DNA of 63,150 nt, filler included, from Choristocarpus tenellus KU-1152 (taxonomy: Eukaryota; Protista; Phaeophyceae), in assembly GCA_964200185.2 (NCBI GenBank). It is 12 parts of 12 records of this genome, joined end to end, with 100 filler letters (N's around TTAATTAATTAA, not from the genome) between each part and the next. Parts side by side here need not be neighbours in the genome. Positions count along the whole stretch, not along the records: positions 51,746 to 56,820 come from CAXNAD020011955.1; positions 56,921 to 63,150 come from CAXNAD020008626.1; 10 more parts are not named here. One strand, given 5' to 3'. Under the pieces are notes generated by a model. The model did not search any database. It saw only the letters and a list, made by a program, of their open reading frames with translations, and was not told the origin of the DNA. The position numbers were made by a program, and so were the translations under genes. Positions 54,794 through 63,150 of this stretch are shown piece by piece. Within the stretch, counting starts at the first letter, position 1, and each line of letters starts with the position of its first letter.

Positions 54794-56437
54794 TTACAGG
54801 TAGATCTGAGAGACGCTAACCAAATGCCTCTTAATGTCTTCGAATTCATCTTGCCACAATTTCAGCACCTTGTGAGTTCTACCTTCTCCATATCGCCCTT
54901 GACCCTCATTCACATCCCCACCGAATCGTTCCCCCTTACTGAAGGCAACAAGAATCGCTGACCTTGGGGAGTGGTTAGCATCCATTGAGACTCGGACCTT
55001 TGAGTTCACAACCTGGAGTCTTATATACGATGTCCACGATGCCCCCCCCCGTTCCCTTGCCAAGCAGTTCACCAGTGTGAATTTATAGCATCGGTTGACA
55101 TCCACAGAAACCTCAACTTCACTCATTAGCCAATGCACCGCTGTAAACAAATCAAAATCGGCATTACTCTTACCCTGGGAAAGCAACTTCTCAGAGGATT
55201 TGTGTGAGCCAGTCCAGGAGTCAAGGACCTCAGCAACGATTCGGTGCTTCAGGAGCTGGAGCCCTCTTCCTCCTTTTTGCCTCCCTCTCAGAGTCGCTGG
55301 CCCTCCAGCGGTCTCGGCCTGTGGCAAGGACAGATACCGACCCAAAGGGGAGAGACAACGCGCACATTCAAGACCACCTTCTGGAGGATTGACAGTTCTG
55401 CTTGGGTCTCCACGGGCACGACTGCACTCGGAAGGGGGAATATTATCACCCTTGGAGCGACTTCCTCCTACTGCCCCAGCATAACCTACCGCGGCAGCGG
55501 GAAGTATTGTGCCTGGGACACAGTCCACTTCATGCAACAGCACAAACGAGTCCCCCAGAAGACATTGTCCGACCTTATCAGCCGCAGCATCCTTGCCCAA
55601 CATTGGAATAGCCGAGGGTCCATCAAAGCAGAACATGTCGTCTATGCATTCGTCCCACCTCCCCAAGGGGAGCTGTACTACACGGAGCCCCCTTCCCACT
55701 GCCTCCAATCCCAACCCCACGGCTTTTCCACCGTCCAAAACCGCCCCTCCCACCCCCAACCGGGGGTGGGTTAGCCCGTGCCCGCAGAAGCGGCAACAAA
55801 CATTTGCCACAGACTGACCGCCTTCCCAAATATCACTGTTGCCCCTCCTGCTGCTACCCCCATTTCGCACCGTAGGAGGCAAGGGGTGCTGCATGGCATC
55901 ACAATACGGAATCTGAACAGAAAAAACGCTGCTTGCGTCAGGTGATGTGACTGCAGCCCCGGCCAGGACAAAGTCATCCCTTCCCATCTCAATTACACTC
56001 TCAAATCCTACAACCGAGGGAGGCTTACTACCAACTCCAACCTTGCCCGCAAGTCCAATCCCGAGTCCGACCGGTGGGCTGCTGCCCCCATTGGAATCCC
56101 TGCATACGTTGTTGCTGTCTTGGCTTTCCACACCCAGTAGTGGCTCTGGTGGAAGGAGTGGGTCTTCCAACACCGGTGAGCAGCAGGTAAAACGAACCCT
56201 GCAGCACCCAGGAGCCTCCCGAACCACTTCCCACTCCGGGGTAGCCCAGCCGATTGGCTTTGAGAAATTGAGTTGGAAAATCTGGATCCGTGTTCTTTCC
56301 TCGAGGATGAACCACTGTGTGTGTGAACCGGGACAGCACACGAGCATTGTGTCCAGAGGATTGGGGATCAGGTGGGACAGGGTGAAGTCACAAGTCAGTT
56401 CTGAGTCGCACATAAAGAGTGGGGTGGAGGGTGGCAT
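54794..56437 (-). CDS. Long ORF (547 aa), probably a large exon of an unknown gene; low-complexity middle, C-terminus resembling a 2OG-Fe(II) oxygenase beta-barrel
   Basis: Longest open frame in the window and relatively CpG-rich compared with the decayed TEs. True start and splicing are uncertain. Confidence 0.45.
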   Translation of the reverse strand: MPPSTPLFMCDSELTCDFTLSHLIPNPLDTMLVCCPGSHTQWFILEERTRIQIFQLNFSKPIGWATPEWEVVREAPGCCRVRFTCCSPVLEDPLLPPEPLLGVESQDSNNVCRDSNGGSSPPVGLGIGLAGKVGVGSKPPSVVGFESVIEMGRDDFVLAGAAVTSPDASSVFSVQIPYCDAMQHPLPPTVRNGGSSRRGNSDIWEGGQSVANVCCRFCGHGLTHPRLGVGGAVLDGGKAVGLGLEAVGRGLRVVQLPLGRWDECIDDMFCFDGPSAIPMLGKDAAADKVGQCLLGDSFVLLHEVDCVPGTILPAAAVGYAGAVGGSRSKGDNIPPSECSRARGDPSRTVNPPEGGLECARCLSPLGRYLSLPQAETAGGPATLRGRQKGGRGLQLLKHRIVAEVLDSWTGSHKSSEKLLSQGKSNADFDLFTAVHWLMSEVEVSVDVNRCYKFTLVNCLARERGGASWTSYIRLQVVNSKVRVSMDANHSPRSAILVAFSKGERFGGDVNEGQGRYGEGRTHKVLKLWQDEFEDIKRHLVSVSQIYL

Positions 56438-56920
56438 AGTGTGTTGCAGGTGTCCCTATGTTTTTACAATCGCGATACGTAAGCCTACTACTGTTTTCGA
56501 GGCTATTTCTTGCATAATGTACGGGTTTGAAATTTACCAGTACCATATAGCTTTTGTCGGATCAAAATACCTATGCTATATATATATATATATATTTATA
56601 TAGATAGATAGATACTCACAGGACACACGCATACCATAAAAAGTCTCAGAAATATTAGAAAAAAAATCCGTAAGGGAGGGGAACATCCGTGATATGTATC
56701 ACTCCTAGTGCAATACACAAAACCATTTCGCACACAGCATAGACAGCTACAAACTCGTTCACCTCACCTCAGGGGCTACCACCTCTGAGGTCATTGCAAA
56801 AACGGCCTGCCAGTGATCCGNNNNNNNNNNNNNNNNNNNNNNNNNNNNNNNNNNNNNNNNNNNNTTAATTAATTAANNNNNNNNNNNNNNNNNNNNNNNN
56901 NNNNNNNNNNNNNNNNNNNN

Positions 56921-56985
<65 letters not shown>

Positions 56986-57768
56986 ACCTCTGTGGTGCGT
57001 TGTTGAAGTTTGGTCAAGTTAGTTAGTGATTGCTTTAATTGTGTGTGTGACGCTTCCTCTTGAAGCTACTGCAGTATTGAGTATTGAGTAGTAGGTCTTC
57101 CATAGGATGGTTTGAGAGGTGGATTTGAATAGCCTATTATCGGCAGTTGGTATTGTCGGGGGACAATTGGACAATTGCTATTTGCTGTTGTGTCGGGCGA
57201 TTTTTTTTTGCCTGGTTCTGAAGTGATGACTAAGTAGTGGTTGCTACTATTGTTGGTTTTTGATGCGGTCATGAAATGCTATCGTTGGAGAGTGTTGTCG
57301 AGTGAGGGGGACAGCTTGCCGGTTTTTACCCTCGGGGGTGCTTCCATGGGTTGTGGGAATAAAGGTGCAGGTTGAGTTTTTCGTGAGCTAAGAATCATGG
57401 TTGGATCGCGATTTTGATTGAATAGGGGGAGACTCTTCTTGAGGGAAATTTTTTGAAGGGTGTCTTCTGGTGCAAGAGATAGATAAGCCCCTGGAGCCAG
57501 CTTTGTTACACTACAGGGTTCCTTTGCGCTGCTTTCCCATACAAGAATGCATTTGAAGACACGAGACTGCTCTCAAACACACACACACACACACGCGCGC
57601 GCGCGCACGGCAGGGCTGTCAGTCATCTACACCTGTATGAATTGCCAAACAGGGTCTCTCGGGGTGAGACGGTCGTTGCTTCCTTTTTTTATTTAATGTA
57701 CATACATACATACATACATACATACATTTTTTTTTCTTTCTTTCATTGCTGTGTGTTTTGCGATCCAG

Positions 57769-59076
57769 CAGGAAGGTGTTTGCGTTTGACAAGGACCTAA
57801 GGCGCCACGCTCTCCTGCACAGGAGGGTGGAAGAGGGCGGGGGGAAGGGGGTTGTCAAGGTGTGCCTGCAAGACTTTCTCGAGACCAACGTCAGTGACCC
57901 TCGGTACGCAGAGGTACGATCGATTCTGTTGGATCCATCTTGCTCTGGATCTGGCATAGTTACGTCCCCCGAGAGGATTCATGATCAAGACACTACCGTG
58001 GCTGTGGAAGGTGGGGAGGGGGGGGGCGTGTGCAAGAAAGGGGAAAGCAATGAAGCACAAGACCGCTTGAAGCGGCTGGCGATATTCCAGCTCTCAGCTC
58101 TGAAGAAAGCAATGTCTTTCCCTCAGGTGATCAGTTGGTTCTTTTTGGTGCCATGGGGCCCTCGGGGTAGAGAAATAGATGGAAGTTTGGGGGGGGGGGG
58201 GGGGGGGGGGATTGACTCCTCCTCCTCCTCCTTCTCCTCCTCATGTTCTTTTTTTACGTGACTCTTAACTGAGATGTTGTGGAAGGGATGGGTTTGAGGG
58301 GCCAAAAGTCTAGGTGGTCTGGTTTTGTGTGTCCTCAGGTCAGGGCATGCGTTCTTTCGAGCGCGCTAAAGCCCTTCCTTGTCTCTTCGCGGAGGGTGGT
58401 CCTCTCTCTCTCTCTCTCTCTTGTGTGTGTTTACTGGGGGTTGAATCAGTGTCATCAACGCGAATGTTGTGTGTGTGTGGATGTTATGTTCTTTCTGTGA
58501 TACCATACCCTTGAGTACACAATACCAAGGCCTGTTTGTCTGAGTTACACCATATACTTGACTACACGATATCAAGCCTTGTTTTGTCTAAGTAGTACCA
58601 CATGCTTGAGTACAAATCATCACGCCTTGTTCGTCTGAGTTCAGAGTGCACACACCCTGACCGGAACAGAGTCCCCTTTTATTTTGTGTCCCTTCGCCTC
58701 CCTGCGCACCCTAACATTCACCTCTTTTTTTTTTCTTTTTTTTCAAGGTGCAACGTGTGTGCTATTCCACCTGCTCTCTTCACCGAACAGAGAATGAGGC
58801 AGTAGTCATGGATGCACTCAGTCAGCAGCCTGAGTTCACAGGTGAAGGAGGTGATCCGTCGGTGAGGCCATTCCGGTTAGTTCCATGCTTGCCTAAGTGG
58901 CACAGGCGCGGTGTTTCTGGGAATGGGGTGAGTGATGACCAGGCACAGTGTATGGTTAGAGCAGACCCTTTCGAGGACCAGACGAATGGGTTCTTTGTTG
59001 CACTCTTGTCAAGGAGTGGGAGTGGTGACCCGTTACCCCCTGCGTTGGCTGGTAAGAAATGTATGCAAGAGAAGAG

Positions 59077-59108
<32 letters not shown>

Positions 59109-59209
59109 AGAAAGAGAAGGGAGATGCTGGTACTAAGAGGAGAAAGACGGAGGTGGGGGGTGAGGTGGGTGTATGCGTGGAAGCAGAAGGCGAGTCCCAT
59201 ATGAGATGA
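57769..59209 (+). CDS. NSUN5: 25S/28S rRNA cytosine-C5 methyltransferase NSUN5/Rcm1, last two exons (~57769-58126, 58748-59209)
   Basis: KVFAFDKD..R, QDFL...DPRYAEVRSILLDPSCSGSG (motif IV), LAIFQLSALKKAMSFPQ|VQRVCYSTCSLHRTENEAVV (motif VI), LPKWHRRG, TNGFFVAL, Lys-rich tail; canonical phase-0 GT-AG intron. Confidence 0.93.
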
Positions 59210-60188
59210 TTTATTTTCGTTTGTGTGTATAGGGCGGCATGTCTGAAATAGAGATTTAGTTAGTCGGGATTTGTTTAGAGGATTTGTTGATGGAGGGCGT
59301 GCCGTCCATCCTGTTCTGTTTTCTTAGTTCAAGTTGGAATTGCAGTGGTGTTGACAAGCACTTGTAGGTAATAGTTTTGTTGTAGTTTTTGTTCTTCACA
59401 TCTTGAATGGTTTTCTGGGAGGGGGGGGGGGGGGGGGGGGGGGTGTCCTTTCTTTTTTTTTTTTTTGTATCCCACGAATGGGTGGGGTTTTTTTTTTTNN
59501 NNNNNNNGGGGGGAGTTGCCTCTGCTATCTCTGTGTTGTGAATCCCAACGATTCGATGGAGTTTTTTTTTTGGTTGGATAATAATAATAATATCGAGATC
59601 GTGTTACAAACCTCTTGATTCATTGATCATTTTACCGTGCATACGCATGCTTTGTAACAACCTCTTGAATCGATGAATTCCCAATTCTTAGCTGATGAAT
59701 AAAGTACTCATGAATGCTCTAAAACCACGACACTATTTATTGCTTCCACGATTGGAGTTCTGTTCTTTATCTTTGATGTGATTGGATGTACTGAAGTGCT
59801 GTTGTTTCATTTGAAGTGGAACACAATACAATTTCTCGGTGCTTCTTGTTTCTTTTGGCCATCCATCACTACTTGGCAAAACGCCCCAGAGTTTTTTTTT
59901 TTTATCATCTGCTGCATGCAGTCCCAGACACTCAGTGTAAAGATGCTGCCCTGTTCACACAGAGGCATATGTTACATTGTTTAGATGTTGCATAGATGGG
60001 CTATTGGGGGATGGACTGGGAGCAGGTCTTCACTTGAAGCCTCAAGTTAGGTGTCTCCTAGATGAGGACTCTAACAGCTTGCGTTGATTTGTAATAAGAT
60101 TAATGTAAATCTGTGTTTCGTGTAACTGTCAAAATCAGGGTCTTGTTCGAGTAAAGTATGAACAGCAATTGAATTAATTGTCGGTTGG

Positions 60189-62279
60189 TGTTAAGAATGT
60201 GCCTTTTTTATTTGTGCGTAAAAGAAGATTCTGTTAAAAAAAAAAATCAGTTGTTGTACTATGGTTCGACAACTGGATAATTTATAGGAATAATTCTGTT
60301 GAGTAATCTTGAGAATAATTATTTGGGTTATTATGGTACAACAAGAAGAATCCTAGGAAGGGAAGGTTGTATCAAGTGACACAGAATGAGTGATGTTTTA
60401 TTAGAATACAAATGCTATGGTGACAAGGATCCCCCCCTTTGAGCTTTGAGGTTCACTCCTTCCTTTTGTCTTCCTTGCTTCATGTACAACCTGTTCTGCA
60501 CAATAGGGAATTAATTGAGTCATTTACATACACAAGCCTTGGGAACATAAATTGCTTTAACATGCTAGCTAGCATTACTTATTGAATTGTGCTAAGTTCT
60601 CAAGGCTAGCGTTAAATCGAATTTGAGGGGGAGTCCCGATGGAGGAGGCCGTCGGTTACAGAAGACGTACTTCGAGAAGAGCAGGAAGGAGTATGGAGAC
60701 ACGACACCTGCAACACCAGTTGAAGAAGGTGGAGATGAAGACAGAGAGGCGGTTAGCAGAACCGCGCAACAGGAGACACCAACTGGACGGAGATTTCGAC
60801 GACTTTAATACCGCCGCCGTCAAAATCCAAGGTTAAAGTGGCAATGATGATGGTGAAGGATTCGCAATGTTTAGCAAAATTTCCTTGGTGTGTTGTCATG
60901 GATACTTTAAACCTTGGATTTTGACGGCGGCGGTATTAAAGTCGTCGCAATTTCCGTCCAGTTGGTGTCTCCTGTTGCGCGGTTCTGCTAACCGCCTCTC
61001 TGTCTTCATCTCCACCTTCTTCAACTGGTGTTGCAGGTGTCGTGTCTCCATATTCCGCTCATACTGTCATTTACGCTCTGGTGATTCACCAGGTTCAGCT
61101 GGGGGGTTACTGTTGGGATCCACCTGTCGCTGTATGGTCATCATCTGGTCTACTTGTAGGTGGGAAAGATAGACTCCTCTCACCAGAACCTAAGACCATG
61201 CTAGCAAAGACGGTTTTCGACAGAGGCAGGTGGATGGCAAAGGGAGAGGGCAGAGGTCCAAGGAGGAACTTGGACTACTGGAAGTGAAACTTTGCTGGAA
61301 CAAGGAAACTGGAACAGTTGTGGAGGACCAGAGTTTGCAGTTAGAGATGTGGCATTTTGTGTGGAGAATCCAAGTTGGTCTGATTGGTCTGATGCAAGGA
61401 GAGTGGTTGGGTACCTGTTGGGGGTACTAAAGAGCATGGAATTACCTTTGGTGATTTCGGATTTTATGGGAATGGACCAAGGGGTCAGTTTTTTTGGCTA
61501 TACAGATGCTGAGTATGCTAACAATAAAGACAGTAGATTGTCTATTTCAGGTGGTGTTGCGATGTTTGGGGGAGGATGTGTTGGCTGGTGGTTTGGGAAG
61601 CAGAAAATGGTTACACTGTCTATTGCTGAGACTGAGTATGTTGCATTGTGTGAGTTTAAGAAGGAGGTTATGTTCCTCGGGCAAGTGCACATGTTCATGC
61701 AACCACGTTGGGAAGGAAAGATAGCAATTGCATATTTGTCAACGGAGTTCCAACATGCTGGTCTTGTTACTAAGGGTTTGTCTAAGGAATCTTTCAATAG
61801 GCATTCCAGTGTTATCATGCGTCGAATGAAGTGGAATTGATTTCTGGATCAAGTCATGTCCAAGAATGTTTAAGGTGTTATTTTTCACTTGAAGTTCAAA
61901 GCAGGGGAGGGAGTTAAGAAGATTACTTTTATTCATGTGTAAAGAAGATTCTGTTCAATAAATAATCTGTTGGACTATGGTTCAACAACTGGATAATTGA
62001 TAGGAATGTTTCTGTTGAGTAACCATGAGAATAATTATCCGGGTTATTATGGTATAAACAAGAAGAATCCTAGAAAGGGAAGGTTGTATCAAGTGACACA
62101 GAATGAGTGACGTGTTGTAAGAATATGAATGGTAAGGTGATGAGGACCGCCCCCTTTGAGCTCTGATGTTCACTCCTTCCTTTCTCCTTCCTTACTCCAT
62201 GTACAACCTATTATGTACAATAAGGAATTCATCAAGTCATTTACATACACAAGTCTTGGGAACATGAATTTCTGTAACA
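60189..62279 (+). mobile_element. Complete non-autonomous Copia derivative: 5' LTR 60189-60562, 3' LTR 61912-62279, TSD GTTGG, RNase H remnant, no protease/integrase/RT core
   Basis: TG...CA ends with the 5-bp TSD GTTGG on both sides, two homologous ~370-bp LTRs, a purine tract before the 3' LTR, and YTDAEYA..KDSRLSISG...ETEYVAL. Confidence 0.9.
60688..61056 (+). ncRNA. Candidate hairpin RNA (siRNA/miRNA precursor): arms 60688-60839 and 60904-61056
   Basis: The inverted repeat itself is certain (3 substitutions and 1 indel over ~152 bp); expression as a small-RNA precursor is inferred. Confidence 0.45.
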
Positions 62280-62467
62280 GTTGGGGAAGGGTATTGGTAC
62301 ATTCAATTAGCACAAGATAAAATAATACTATTTCTATGTCCAGCTGGTACAAATTTAATAGTGGTTTGGGTTGTGCCTTGATAGTCTTTTGTTGTTCGCT
62401 TCTCCAGTATCCACTCACATTGCCCAACGGGTTTAAATAAGCGCCAACCAATTCCCAGTTAGGGTTT

Positions 62468-62725
62468 GAGTGAAAGTATCTTAGAGGGTACGAGTTTTGC
62501 CCTGTTTGTCCATTTGGGGCTTGGCTTTCCATGGAGTTTTTTTATGGCATTTTCCTACCCCAACATGTTTCGGAGTAGGTAAATATGTACGTTATGAAAA
62601 GGTGTGTCCAGAACATGGATGTTGATACTTCCTAACCAACACGATGCCAAAATTGCATCAAAATCTCAACGTTGGATTTGGGCTCCCAAATGGATGCGGC
62701 TCTACCCTCTAAGATACTTTGACTT
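62468..62725 (+). mobile_element. MITE family A
   Basis: TIRs; flanks GTTT/GCTT. Confidence 0.85.
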
Positions 62726-63150
62726 GCTTGTTGCATAACTCGACTGTCTGTATTAGCACTACCTTCTTAGTGCCAGTGCTCTTTCTTTATCATTTCTTGT
62801 TGTAAATCTTTTATCTCCAAGTACAACTGAGGGTCATGGAGTTAGTTGCACTTTGGGTTTGGATGGAGTAGTTTTGATCATGCCCTCTTCGAGCTTTTCA
62901 ATGCTCCTCCCTCTTTCAATAAAGCAAACCTTCTCTGTAACCTCAACATAACATGGGTTTTTTTACTCAATTTATAGTTTCAAGTCAAACGGGCATATAT
63001 TTGGAACACACACACAACACATACATATAGGAGACATCTTCAGTGCAGCTTTTCCCATTTCTTTCTGTTTTGTCTTTCAAGGGAGGTAACACCCCTCCCC
63101 CCCCCCCCACTCACTACTATCACAAATTAGTGAAGTAGATGCAAAAAATG

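Noticed and set aside
54794-56437. Considered as a LINE/RLE reverse transcriptase because of TAGGPATLR
   Set aside because: No downstream RT motifs (RPI, D...AF, QG..LS, YxDD) were found.
1-63150. Possible functional cluster of LCYB, NSUN5, EF-hand and CID genes
   Set aside because: Each gene is on a different concatenated contig, so there is no evidence of real linkage.

Overview
Eukaryotic, intron-rich, transposon-dense nuclear DNA, probably from a photosynthetic stramenopile such as a brown alga or close relative. That assignment is an inference from a spliced lycopene beta-cyclase, TTAGGG-type repeats and the Copia motifs. The window is not one locus: it is 12 short contigs joined by 11 artificial 100-bp linkers (N44-TTAATTAATTAA-N44), so adjacency across linkers means nothing. 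Host genes reconstructed by hand from GT-AG splice sites are partial LCYB (4 exons, minus strand), the last two exons of NSUN5/Rcm1 (plus), a CID/RPR-like protein (3 exons, minus), an EF-hand/NCS-like protein (3 exons, minus) and a 547-aa ORF whose C-terminus resembles a degenerate 2OG-Fe(II) oxygenase. Mobile DNA includes several decayed Ty1/Copia elements, two DD39D mariner fragments, a Sola2-like transposase fragment and more than 25 copies or ends of related ~230-280-bp MITEs with GAG...CTC-type termini and mixed 3/4-bp target duplications. The most striking observation is a complete, TSD-flanked, RT-less Copia derivative (60189-62279). It carries a near-perfect 152-bp inverted duplication just downstream of its 5' LTR, making it a candidate hairpin-RNA 'killer' locus or a TE-born miRNA. 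A second fold-back of similar geometry lies at 28353-28605.
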